A stretch of DNA of 64,000 nt, from positions 229,859 through 293,858 of the forward strand of contig CAWCLO010000007.1 in the NCBI GenBank assembly GCA_963796455.1, written 5' to 3'. The notes under the pieces are model-generated. The model had not been told where the DNA came from. It did not search any database and saw only the letters and a list, made by a program, of their open reading frames with translations. Positions 22,045 through 30,877 of the stretch are shown here, one piece after another. The stretch is from Candidatus Sulfomarinibacteraceae bacterium (GTDB taxonomy: Bacteria > Acidobacteriota > Thermoanaerobaculia > Thermoanaerobaculales > Sulfomarinibacteraceae). The translations under genes and the position numbers were made by a program. Within the stretch, counting starts at the first letter, position 1. Each line of letters opens with the position of its first letter.

Positions 22045-22502
22045 TCACAGCTGTCCAAAACAAATCGTCATTTGAAGTTTTCCACCTGACAGCACCTGGT
22101 TTACGGGTTGGTTTTTACCGTATCCGGTTCGCGGTTGGCCCGTACCCGATTCCGATCCCGAGCCCGAATTGCAGCGGCAGCGACAGTGTCCAGCGACAGG
22201 GACAGGGAGCAGCGACCGGGTTCAGCGATCAGTGTTCAGCGGCAGCGATCAGGAGTCCAAGCGACGAAGTGGCCTCCTCCGGGTGGTTTTACAGAAGGAA
22301 CAGCGGTTGTGGTGTAGGCGTCTCGCCTGCACACCGCGCGGCCGAGACGGCCGCACCACAAAGGCCGGAGCCCGAAGAAGTGAATGCTGTTCGCTGTCCC
22401 GGCCGCTGATCACTGACGCTGATGACTGATTGCTGCCGCTGACTCCTGATCTCTGTCGCTGTCCCTGTTCGCTATCCGAGAACCTGTCTTGGACAAGAGT
22501 GA
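22045..22502 (+). mobile_element. TIR element copy E5, complete, REP-doublet cargo, 7-bp flanking duplication TCCAGAA
   Basis: TCCAGAA|TCACAGCTGTCCAAAACAA ... CTGTCTTGGACAAGAGTGA|TCCAGAA; REP doublet 22308-22360. Confidence 0.9.
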
Positions 22503-22525
22503 TCCAGAATCTAGTATCCAGCATC

Positions 22526-22559
22526 AAAAAACGCCCCCGCTCAAATGAGCGGCGGCGTT
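22526..22559 (-). terminator. Intrinsic terminator of the BlaI/M56-M23 operon
   Basis: AACGCCGCCGCTCA-TT-TGAGCGGGGGCGTT followed by a T run on the minus strand. Confidence 0.75.
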
Positions 22560-22583
22560 CCTGGTTCCAAATTCAGACGTCCT

Positions 22584-24080
22584 TCAGCGTTTCCAATCTT
22601 CGACGAAGTCGGCTGGATTCCGGTTTTCGCCGTCGTCTCGGACCTCGAAGTGAAGGTGCGGGCCGGTGCTTTTGCCGGTCGATCCCACCGTGGCAATGAC
22701 CTCCCTTTGCGAAACCCGTTGCCCGGCATCTACCGCCAGTGATCCGAGATGGGAGTACATGGTCGTGAGACCCTGGCCGTGGTCGATAATGATCACCGTC
22801 CCCGCCGCCGGCGATTCTTCATAGGCTTCGGTGGCCACCCTGATCACGCCGCCGGCCGGCGCCACCACCGGTGTACCGGTCTTTGCACCGATATCGATGC
22901 CGCGGTGAAAAACACCCTCCTTGCCTGTGAATGGATCACGCTTCCCCGGACCAAAGGTCTGGGTTACCCGTCCATCGGGCAACGGATTGATCATTGTCAT
23001 CTGATTCTTCAACTGCGCCGGGCTCGATGTCTGCATCCCCTGCTCGCCATCATCCGGTGCGACCGTCGCACCACCTTGACCCAGTGGCAACAAAAAGACT
23101 CCCAAAACGAAGGCTCCCAGTACTGCCGCAACAACCCGCGGCCGGCCGCCTTCGCGATCGAGGATTTTTTGAATTCGCACTCCGATTCTCCTTTTCTTGG
23201 CACTCATGGTTGGGGCTCCCGCTCCCTGCAGGTCGAGCCGAAGCACGTTGAGGAGGCCTCCGACATAGTCGCGGGCAGCAAGGCGCCCGGCGGCCACCGC
23301 CGTCGCATCCGCCAGCTGCTCGCGTTCTTCGCTGAGTCTCGCTCCGCTGATCCAGACCAGCGGATGGAAAAAGTAGACCGAATGGATCAGGTGTTGCAGA
23401 CCGAGCCACAGTGCGTCCAGCCTCGCAACATGAGCCATCTCGTGGGCGATCACCGGTTCCAGGCAACTCGAATCGGCCAGAACGGATTGTGGCAGGAAGA
23501 TCACGGGTCGAATCACGCCGGTTGTAAAGGGACTGGTTCGAGCGTTGGAGGAAAGGACTCTCACCCTTCGCCGGATCCGCAAGCGATCCCGCCACGAAGC
23601 GGCCAGCGCATCGATTTCTGGATCCTTCACCTCGACGGCGGCTCGGAGAATCGTGGAGAAGGCGGTTTTGCGCCTGCGATAGACGGAGAAGGTGGTCAAC
23701 GCACCAACCACCCACACGATAAAAATGCCCACCGCCCTGTTCTGAGAGGCCCCCGAAGGCCCGATCAGAAAAGCCTCGCCGCCGCCTGTGGCTGCCAATG
23801 CCCCGTTGGGAGGAGCCTCGACCTGATGCGCACCGACGGAAAAATTCGATACTGAAACCGCGCCCAGGAGGCGACCGGCGCTTAACGGATGATTCAGCCC
23901 CGGCGGCAACAGCAGCCGGAGAAAGATCAACGACCACATCGCCACGTGAAAGGCCGGTCCGATCCGCCGGCCGCAGCGCGCCATGATCACCACGAAGACA
24001 AAGACCGGGATCACCAGGAGACTGTCCCGGACCAGCAGATCGGCCCAGGCGGATGCAAGATCGAGAAACATCGAGCTCAC
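22584..24080 (-). CDS. BlaR1-like peptidase M56 fused to a peptidase M23 domain
   Basis: AHEMAH, YFFHPLVW, EQLAD (M56); HRGID, YSHL, VGSTGKSTGPHLHFEV (M23). Confidence 0.9.
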   Translation of the reverse strand: MSSMFLDLASAWADLLVRDSLLVIPVFVFVVIMARCGRRIGPAFHVAMWSLIFLRLLLPPGLNHPLSAGRLLGAVSVSNFSVGAHQVEAPPNGALAATGGGEAFLIGPSGASQNRAVGIFIVWVVGALTTFSVYRRRKTAFSTILRAAVEVKDPEIDALAASWRDRLRIRRRVRVLSSNARTSPFTTGVIRPVIFLPQSVLADSSCLEPVIAHEMAHVARLDALWLGLQHLIHSVYFFHPLVWISGARLSEEREQLADATAVAAGRLAARDYVGGLLNVLRLDLQGAGAPTMSAKKRRIGVRIQKILDREGGRPRVVAAVLGAFVLGVFLLPLGQGGATVAPDDGEQGMQTSSPAQLKNQMTMINPLPDGRVTQTFGPGKRDPFTGKEGVFHRGIDIGAKTGTPVVAPAGGVIRVATEAYEESPAAGTVIIIDHGQGLTTMYSHLGSLAVDAGQRVSQREVIATVGSTGKSTGPHLHFEVRDDGENRNPADFVEDWKR

Positions 24081-24478
24081 GATTCCGCCCCTTCGCCCGT
24101 CGATTCGCCGAGCAACTGCCGAAGCTCTTCGATTTCTTCGGCGCTCAGGTTGCCGCTCTCGGCAAAGAGAGACACCACCGGGACATGAGAGCTTTCCAAG
24201 ACCTGGTGGGCAAAATCGCGAACCAACCGGGCCAGACCGGATGCTCGGGATACCGAGGGCCGATACACATGAAGCCCGTGATACGAGCTCTTGCCGACCA
24301 GACCCTTGCGGACCATTCTGTCAATGGTTGTTCTGGTGGTGGAATAGGCCCAGTCCTGGCTCTCTCCCACATGCTGGTGCACCTCGCGAGCACTCAATCC
24401 GTCGGCGTCCCACAATACCTTCATGACCTCGAGTTCGGCCGGGGTGAGTTGGGGAAGGTCTGGGGTTGTGGCGCTCAT
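24077..24478 (-). CDS. BlaI/MecI/CopY family repressor
   Basis: LTPAELEVMKVLW, WAYSTTRT...RMVRKGLV, LSAEEIEEL. Confidence 0.92.
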   Translation of the reverse strand: MSATTPDLPQLTPAELEVMKVLWDADGLSAREVHQHVGESQDWAYSTTRTTIDRMVRKGLVGKSSYHGLHVYRPSVSRASGLARLVRDFAHQVLESSHVPVVSLFAESGNLSAEEIEELRQLLGESTGEGAES

Positions 24479-24496
24479 CGGTCCTCCCGATTCATG

Positions 24497-24550
24497 ATGC
24501 TACATCTGTAGCATATTCGCTACACTATAGCGAGAAATCAGGATTGTCAA
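24497..24550 (-). promoter_or_regulatory. Sigma70-like promoter with BlaI-type operator(s)
   Basis: TTGACA-17-TAGTGT; inverted repeat ATGCTACA-TC-TGTAGCAT (TACA-NN-TGTA) at 24497-24514; weaker second site 24518-24532. Confidence 0.8.
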
Positions 24551-24708
24551 GGCTTGAGGCTATGGGGCTATGGGGCTGTGAGGCTATGAGGCTTGAGGCT
24601 ATGAGGCTCCAAAGGACCGGATGTTTATCTGAGGATGTCACGGCCTGAGGCATGGGATCGGTGAGTAATCACGAACTCATAACTCCGAACTCCGAACTCC
24701 GAATTCTT
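24551..24708. repeat. Heptamer/octamer short tandem repeats (GGCTATG/GGCTTGA; AACTCCG)
   Basis: Directly visible arrays. Confidence 0.8.
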
Positions 24709-25683
24709 TCAGAGCCCCAACTCATCAAAGGCGACATAGCCGGCCGTCACCTCGGCGCGGGCATCGGCGAGAGCAGTCCCCGCTCCCTCGAGTGTTTCTT
24801 CAGAAAGACCGTCGCTCAGGATGACATCAACAACCCCGGAACCGAGATCGAAGGCAAATATTTTGGATGAAAAGGCGCCATCGCGCACTTCACGGGCCAC
24901 CCGCACCATCGCCTCGGCCACATCAATCTCGACGGCCGCAACAATCAGATCGGGATTGGAGGACATCAACCCGCGATCGGTCGCCACCAGTTTCAGCCCG
25001 GCGCTGCGAGCGGCGGCAAGAATCTCGGGGTCGGCAAAGTCGGTCGCGTAGAGCGCGACCTCGACCCCGGCCGCCGCAAGGCTCGCTGCGCCATCCACTC
25101 CGTGCACGGTGATGACCTCGGTTCGATTCCGGTGGGCGTGGAACCCGGCTGCAAAACCTTCTTCGAGCGCTTCGAGCCAGGCCTGGCCTTCACCCCTCAA
25201 CACACCCGCGCGTTTGCCGGACGCCACAACTCCGGCCACCGCACCCGCCAGATACCCGGCCTCCTCAGGAAGAAACTGGATACCGGCCAGGTTGCCGCCC
25301 CGGACCCGGCCGGGCAGCAGCACGAAGATAGTCCCCGGGAAGGCCGCCGCCTCGGTGTAGAGGCTTTTTTCGAAAAGGGATCCGGTACAAAAAACGAGAT
25401 CCGCCGGTTCCCGGCCGACCGCGAGCAAACGGGCTCGAGCGTCATTCGAATCAATCACCCGAAAGGCCTCGACATCTGCTCCGAGTTCCTCCCCGATACG
25501 GACGAGTCCCATTTGTGCAGCCCGATCCCAGCGACCTGCTAAGTCTTCACTGCTGATCGTCCGCACCGTGAAGCCGTTTATCGCGGTCTGCTCTCTCCGA
25601 TCACAGGTTGCCATCAGGAGAGCCAATAACAAGGCGACGAGAACAACGGTGATCCCCGGTTTTCGCATAGCTCCGTTCATCAT
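24709..25683 (-). CDS. BMP/PnrA family substrate-binding lipoprotein
   Basis: Lipobox-like Cys, EEAGYLAGAVAG, GFAAG, FDLGSGVV. Confidence 0.8.
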   Translation of the reverse strand: MMNGAMRKPGITVVLVALLLALLMATCDRREQTAINGFTVRTISSEDLAGRWDRAAQMGLVRIGEELGADVEAFRVIDSNDARARLLAVGREPADLVFCTGSLFEKSLYTEAAAFPGTIFVLLPGRVRGGNLAGIQFLPEEAGYLAGAVAGVVASGKRAGVLRGEGQAWLEALEEGFAAGFHAHRNRTEVITVHGVDGAASLAAAGVEVALYATDFADPEILAAARSAGLKLVATDRGLMSSNPDLIVAAVEIDVAEAMVRVAREVRDGAFSSKIFAFDLGSGVVDVILSDGLSEETLEGAGTALADARAEVTAGYVAFDELGL

Positions 25684-25699
25684 ACGCTAATATCATCCA

Positions 25700-26458
25700 A
25701 TGGATCTCCTCCAACTGGTTGCAGAGCTCGACGATCTCCTCGATTCGGAAGGCACGGCCGATTATTGCCCCAACGGTCTGCAGGTCGAAGGAGCGCCAAC
25801 GATCCGCCGAATCGTGACCGCGGTGTCAGCTTCAAGGGAGCTTTTTCACCACGCCATCGAGGAAGACGCGGATGCGATCATCGTCCACCACGGCGTTCTC
25901 TGGAACGGATCAGAAGCACCCCGCATCATTGGTTCGTTTCGCGAACGGCTCCGGCTACTGCTCGAAAACCGAATCTCGCTCATCGCCTATCACCTGCCCC
26001 TCGATCGCCATCTTGAACTCGGCAATGCGGCCCAGCTCGCGCGGAGGATCGGCCTCTCGGAGCTCGAGCCATTCGGGATTCACAACGGCGCGCCGACCGG
26101 AGTCTGCGGCGTTTTCCCGGAACCGATCGAGGCGGAGGAATTCGTGGCTGCGATCGGTGAAGCTTGCGTGCGCGATCCACAGTATTTCCCTGGCGGTGAG
26201 CGAACGGTTTCGTCGGTGGGGATCGTGACCGGTGGCGCTCAGAAAGAGTTCCACCAGGCGGTCGCTGCAGGCCTCGATGCCTATGTGACCGGGGAAGCGA
26301 CCGAGTGGGTCATGCACCAGGCAGCAGAGGACGGCGTTCACTATGTAGCCGCCGGCCATTATGCCACCGAGACCTTTGGTGTCAGGGCCCTCGGCCGTTG
26401 GATCGCCGAACGCCACGGCCTCGATGTCGACTTTGTCGACCTCCCGAATCCCGTTTGA
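25700..26458 (+). CDS. Nif3-like dinuclear metal centre protein (YbgI)
   Basis: DYCPNGLQVEG, IVHHG, YHLPLDRH, GHYATETFG, PNPV. Confidence 0.93.
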   Translation: MDLLQLVAELDDLLDSEGTADYCPNGLQVEGAPTIRRIVTAVSASRELFHHAIEEDADAIIVHHGVLWNGSEAPRIIGSFRERLRLLLENRISLIAYHLPLDRHLELGNAAQLARRIGLSELEPFGIHNGAPTGVCGVFPEPIEAEEFVAAIGEACVRDPQYFPGGERTVSSVGIVTGGAQKEFHQAVAAGLDAYVTGEATEWVMHQAAEDGVHYVAAGHYATETFGVRALGRWIAERHGLDVDFVDLPNPV

Positions 26459-26584
26459 CGAATTCGCAGTTCGGAAATCGGATTTCCCAGCCATTCAACA
26501 TGAACAGACCAGACTCGGTCGGCTCGACGACCGTCTGAATTCAGAACTCCGAACTCAGAACTCCGAATTCGTTACACTCCAGGC

Positions 26585-27424
26585 ATGACTGAAACCGAAA
26601 TCGCTCCCACTCCAAGGAATTCCTACTCCTTTTCTCGTATCAAGAGCTTTCGCCAGTGCCCGGCGAGATATCGTTTTCGCTATTTGCAGGGCCTCAAGGA
26701 GGCATTCCGCTCGATCGAGTCCTATCTCGGCAACTCGGTCCACGACGTGCTCGAATGGCTCTACGGAGAACGTATGAAGGGGTCGAGCCCCGATCTGGAA
26801 TCGACACTCCAGAAATTTGCACAGCAATGGTCAGAAGAGATGGATGACAGCATCGTCATCATCCGGGTCGACGAAACCGAGCAGACCTATGTCCAGCTCG
26901 GCCGCTCCATGCTCGAACAGTTTCACCGCGAGACCTTTGCCCGCGACCGCAGTCGGACCGTCTCTTTGGAGCAACGTGTCAGCGTCAAAATCGCAGACGA
27001 CATCGTCTTCAGCGGTTTTGCAGATCGCGTCGGACGAACTGAAAAGGGCCGACTGTTCGTCATCGACTACAAAACTTCTCGCAGCGAGGGCGACAGCTCC
27101 GAGTTCTCCGAGGGCCTGCAGGCCCCTCTTTACGCCGCCAGCGTTCTCCGGCACCACGGTGAGGACGAAGCACTGGCGGGCTATCACTATCTGCGTCACG
27201 GGACCACCCGGTGGCAACATGTGGACCCCGACCGAGCGCAGTTTCTCCTCGATCGTTTCGAACAGCTGGTGCGTGAAACGGAGGCCGCCACCGAATTTCC
27301 CGCCCGGCCTGGGATCCTTTGTGCATGGTGTGGATTCAACGCCGAATGCCGTGACGCCGAGGTGTCGCCCCGTTTCGCGGGCGGCCTGGAATTTGCGGAG
27401 AAATCGGGCCGAAGGCTCCTCTGA
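26585..27424 (+). CDS. PD-(D/E)XK nuclease (RecB-like, putative Fe-S)
   Basis: SFSRI..F.QCP, GFADRV, IDYKT, Q..LY, CAWC...C. Confidence 0.88.
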   Translation: MTETEIAPTPRNSYSFSRIKSFRQCPARYRFRYLQGLKEAFRSIESYLGNSVHDVLEWLYGERMKGSSPDLESTLQKFAQQWSEEMDDSIVIIRVDETEQTYVQLGRSMLEQFHRETFARDRSRTVSLEQRVSVKIADDIVFSGFADRVGRTEKGRLFVIDYKTSRSEGDSSEFSEGLQAPLYAASVLRHHGEDEALAGYHYLRHGTTRWQHVDPDRAQFLLDRFEQLVRETEAATEFPARPGILCAWCGFNAECRDAEVSPRFAGGLEFAEKSGRRLL

Positions 27425-27537
27425 GCGTTGCACGATTCTCATTTCAGACTCGATACAAACAGGACGCAATCTCGATAACAATCACCTCCATCGAAATTCG
27501 TTATATGATGGTCAAAACCTCGGACTTGGAGGACGAT

Positions 27538-28113
27538 ATGGCATTCGAGCTGCCGAATCTTCCGTATGGCGATGATGCTCTGACGCCCCACCTTTCGTCG
27601 GAGACCCTCGCCTACCACCACGGCAAACATCACCGAGCTTATGTCGACAACCTCAACAAGCTCGTGGAGGGCACGCCTCGGGCCGACATGTCCCTGGAGG
27701 AGATCATCCGCGAGGCGGATGGGGCCGTCTTCAATAACGCGGCACAGGTCTGGAATCACAGCTTCTATTGGTCCTGTATGGGCCCGGAGGCGGGCGGTGA
27801 GCCCTCGGCGCCCCTGGCGCCGAGAATCAACTACGCTTTTGGAGATTTCGACAGCTTTAAGAAAAAATTTACCGAATCCGCGCTCGGCCATTTCGGTTCA
27901 GGCTGGGCGTGGTTGGTCTCCGAACCATCCGGTCGGCTCACCATTCTGACCACCGCCAACGCCGACAACCCCATCCGTCTCGGAAGCACTCCTCTGCTGA
28001 CCTGCGATGTTTGGGAGCATGCCTATTACATCGACTACCGCAACTCACGACCGCAATATCTCGAACATTTCTGGGAACTGGTGAATTGGGGATTCGTCGC
28101 GTCGAATCTATGA
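27538..28113 (+). CDS. sodB: Superoxide dismutase (Fe/Mn family, Fe-type residues)
   Basis: HHGKHH, NNAAQVWNH, FGSGWAW, DVWEHAYY. Confidence 0.93.
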   Translation: MAFELPNLPYGDDALTPHLSSETLAYHHGKHHRAYVDNLNKLVEGTPRADMSLEEIIREADGAVFNNAAQVWNHSFYWSCMGPEAGGEPSAPLAPRINYAFGDFDSFKKKFTESALGHFGSGWAWLVSEPSGRLTILTTANADNPIRLGSTPLLTCDVWEHAYYIDYRNSRPQYLEHFWELVNWGFVASNL

Positions 28114-28962
28114 TCCGCTGACCCACTCGCGGTAGGCTCGATGGCCAGCGGCCATGATCTCCGGCGCCCGGTGAAAATCGAGCCAGGCAAACGACCCCAC
28201 ATCGGGCTGAATCGCCGACCCGGCGCCCTCGGCAGAGACCGAGAGGTTGTACTGCATCATGTGCATCGACCTCATCAGCACATTGAGCCGATTTGGAAAT
28301 TGTCGTCTGCGCCGCCACCAGGCCTTTCCGCGACGCGGGATGATTCCATCGACTCCTGCCAGAATCGGAGCGGGGGCGGTCGCCTCGATAAGCCGCGCAA
28401 CGACCCGACTTCCCTGTCCGGCCTTGGGCGGTTGCAGGACATTGACCGAAAGTACCGGTTCATCGGCAAGGCGGCCTGCAACCTTCGAGGGAACCGGAGT
28501 CACCATCGCACCATCGACGAGGGTCCGACCTTCAATCACCACAGGCGGCAGGATTCCCGGGATAGCGGATGACGCACGAACTGCTTCAGCTAACGGCCCC
28601 TGCCGCACGACCACCTCAGAACCGCTCTCAAGATCGCAGCAGACGGCGGCATAAGGCAGATCGAGGTCTTCGATCGACTCGCTGCCCAGGGTTTCAGTCA
28701 GCAGATCGGAAAAGGCCCCGCCGTTGACCGATCGCAGCATGATTCGGGCCAGACTCGACCACTCGACTGCGGTGAAAAATGCTTCCATCTCCACCGCCTT
28801 CATGCCGCGGGCAAAAAGCGCCCCCACGATCGACCCCATCGATGTGCCGGCAATCGCTGCGACCTCGATGCCGTCTTCCTCGAGACCGCGCAAGACGCCG
28901 ACATGGGCCAGGCCTTTGGCGGCACCACCTCCGAGAGCGAGGGAGACTCGCGATTCGATCAT
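28108..28962 (-). CDS. Patatin-like phospholipase
   Basis: GGGAAKG, GTSMG, ASSAIPG, DGA. Confidence 0.9.
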   Translation of the reverse strand: MIESRVSLALGGGAAKGLAHVGVLRGLEEDGIEVAAIAGTSMGSIVGALFARGMKAVEMEAFFTAVEWSSLARIMLRSVNGGAFSDLLTETLGSESIEDLDLPYAAVCCDLESGSEVVVRQGPLAEAVRASSAIPGILPPVVIEGRTLVDGAMVTPVPSKVAGRLADEPVLSVNVLQPPKAGQGSRVVARLIEATAPAPILAGVDGIIPRRGKAWWRRRRQFPNRLNVLMRSMHMMQYNLSVSAEGAGSAIQPDVGSFAWLDFHRAPEIMAAGHRAYREWVSGS

Positions 28963-29109
28963 TGGCGAAGTGTAGCGCAGGGCTCGCCCGGAACGGGGAA
29001 TGGAGGCAGGGGAGAAAGGGAGATCGGTCAGTCGCTCGAAGCTCGATGCTGGATGCTCGATACTCGATACTCGATGCTGGATGCTGGATGCTGGATTCAG
29101 GATGCTGGA

Positions 29110-29501
29110 TCACTCTTGTCCAAGACAGGTTCTCGGATAACGAACAGGGACAGCGACAGAGATCAGGAGTCAGCGGCAGCAATCAGTCATCAGCGTCAGT
29201 GATCAGCGGCCGGGACAGCGAACAGCATTCACTTCTTCGGGCTCCGGCCTTTGTGGTGCGGCCGTCTCGGCCGCACGGTGTGCAGGCGAGACGCCTACAC
29301 CACAACGGCTGTTCCTTCTGTTGAACCACCCGGAGGAGGCCACTTCGTCGCCAGGACTCCTGATCGCTGCCGCTGCAATTCGGGATCGGGATCGGAATCG
29401 GGTACGGGCCAACCGCGAACCGGATATGCCAAAAACCAACCCGTAAACCACGTGTTTCAGTTGGCTAACTTCAGGTGGCGATCTGTTTTGGACAGCAGTG
29501 A
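29110..29501 (-). mobile_element. TIR element copy E6 (REP-doublet cargo, both termini present)
   Basis: TGCTGGA|TCACTCTTGTCCAAGACAG ... CTGTTTTGGACAGCAGTGA|TGGAGGA; REP doublet 29252-29304. Confidence 0.88.
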
Positions 29502-29624
29502 TGGAGGATGCTGGATGCTCTATCCCGATCCAGGGCCCGTTGCCGTTTCCTTTACCGCTACCGAACGGGCGAAAGCGAAAACTACTCGCTACTGCTTTCG
29601 CACGTATCCGAATGTCGCCTCCCG

Positions 29625-29745
29625 ATGTCATCCTGAGCGCAGCCCCTTCGGCGCGCAGTCGAAGGATCTGCGTCTCGGGATCTTTGTTTCCCATCTCATA
29701 GATCCTTCGACTTCGCCCCTGTTGGGGCTCCGCTCAGGAAGACAT
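29625..29745. repeat. Palindromic REP-like element TGTCATCCTGAGCG...GAAGGATCT / AGATCCTTCG...CGCTCAGGAAGACA
   Basis: Long imperfect inverted repeat. Confidence 0.8.
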
Positions 29746-29949
29746 ATTGAAAGCCAGTTCCGATCCCGTTTCCGTTTCCGAAAGCGAGAACGAGCCTTTA
29801 CATGGCAGAGGGGCGAAGCAACGTTCGCTATCGCTATCGGAATCGCTATCGCTATCGAACGGCTGTTGTGGATACGAATCCGGAACTGGCGACAGGGGGG
29901 CGGGCAGAACCGTACCGGAAGCGTCGTTCGTGATAAGGGCAGCAGTCTC

Positions 29950-30084
29950 CTCTGCTCCTCTCTCCTCTGCTCCTCTGCTCCTCTGCTCCTCTGCTCCTCT
30001 GCTCCTCTGCTCCTCTGCTCCTCTGCTCCTCTGCTCCTCTGCTCCTCTGCTCCTCTGCTCCTCTGCTCCTCTGCTCCTCTGCTC
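29950..30084. repeat. Octamer microsatellite (CTCTGCTC), about 17 units
   Basis: 15 perfect units at 29965-30084, preceded by one 7-nt unit and one perfect unit. Confidence 0.97.
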
Positions 30085-30090
30085 AATGTC

Positions 30091-30121
30091 AAAAAAAGCC
30101 CCGGGGGACAACCCCCGGGGC
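30091..30121 (-). terminator. Intrinsic terminator of hsp20
   Basis: GCCCCGGGGG-TTGT-CCCCCGGGGC-TTTTTTT. Confidence 0.9.
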
Positions 30122-30154
30122 ACCGAATTCCGTTGCTGATGAGAATAATCCGGC

Positions 30155-30619
30155 TTAATTGTTCTCGACCGTGATCTTGACCGAGCGGGGCTTCGACTCC
30201 TCTTTCTTCGGCAGAGTGAGGGTCATCTCGCCATTTTTGAATCGTGCCTCGATCTTTTCGATGTCGACGGTGTTTGACAGCGAGAAGCTGCGTTCGAATG
30301 CGCCATAGACGCGCTCCACTCGATGATAGGTCTCACCTTCGGCAGCCTCTTCGAGTTTGCGTTCGCCGCGAATGGTCAGCGTTCCCTCTTCAACCGTGAC
30401 CTCCACGTCCTCGGCGCTCAAACCGGGCAGATCGGCGGCAATGATCATCGCGTCCTCTTTCTCGAGAACATTGATGGCGGGGACCCAGGCTCCCCGCAGG
30501 GGCCGATCTTCCGTCGTGTTCCTCATGCCGCGTCCCAGGAACTCGTCAAACAAGCGCTCCATCCTTTGGTTGAGGGTCGCATTTTCAATACCGGGATTCC
30601 ATCGTGTCAACATAACCAT
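30155..30619 (-). CDS. Hsp20/alpha-crystallin small heat-shock protein
   Basis: WVPAINV, ADLPG, ERVYGAFERSFSL, ARFKNG...LPK. Confidence 0.95.
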   Translation of the reverse strand: MVMLTRWNPGIENATLNQRMERLFDEFLGRGMRNTTEDRPLRGAWVPAINVLEKEDAMIIAADLPGLSAEDVEVTVEEGTLTIRGERKLEEAAEGETYHRVERVYGAFERSFSLSNTVDIEKIEARFKNGEMTLTLPKKEESKPRSVKITVENN

Positions 30620-30663
30620 TTTGAACCTCCATTGCGCTCGTACGCGCTCATCGTTCGATGAAC

Positions 30664-30692
30664 AATATAGAATCTTAGTTACTAATTGTCAA
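30664..30692 (-). promoter_or_regulatory. Sigma70-like promoter of hsp20
   Basis: TTGACA-17 nt-TATATT. Confidence 0.75.
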
Positions 30693-30877
30693 GTATTGGC
30701 GAGAAGAATTTCATTTAAATTAGTGAAACTCACTAAGATTTATTACAAGACACTCAAAAAAAATGACTTTCCCCTACTCTTAACCATCATTGAATTCTCC
30801 AGGAAGACGGTGGCGTAACCATTTTCCGGGTGATTTTCGCCCTGATTCGGGTTAGACTTCCGACTCCGTTGTTTCAA

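Noticed and set aside
26585..27424. Cas4 or defence nuclease
   Set aside because: Stand-alone PD-(D/E)XK gene among housekeeping genes with no cas or defence context
29251..30174. ORFs with LLCSSAP / SRGAEEQR repeats
   Set aside because: Translations of the octamer microsatellite and neighbouring repeats
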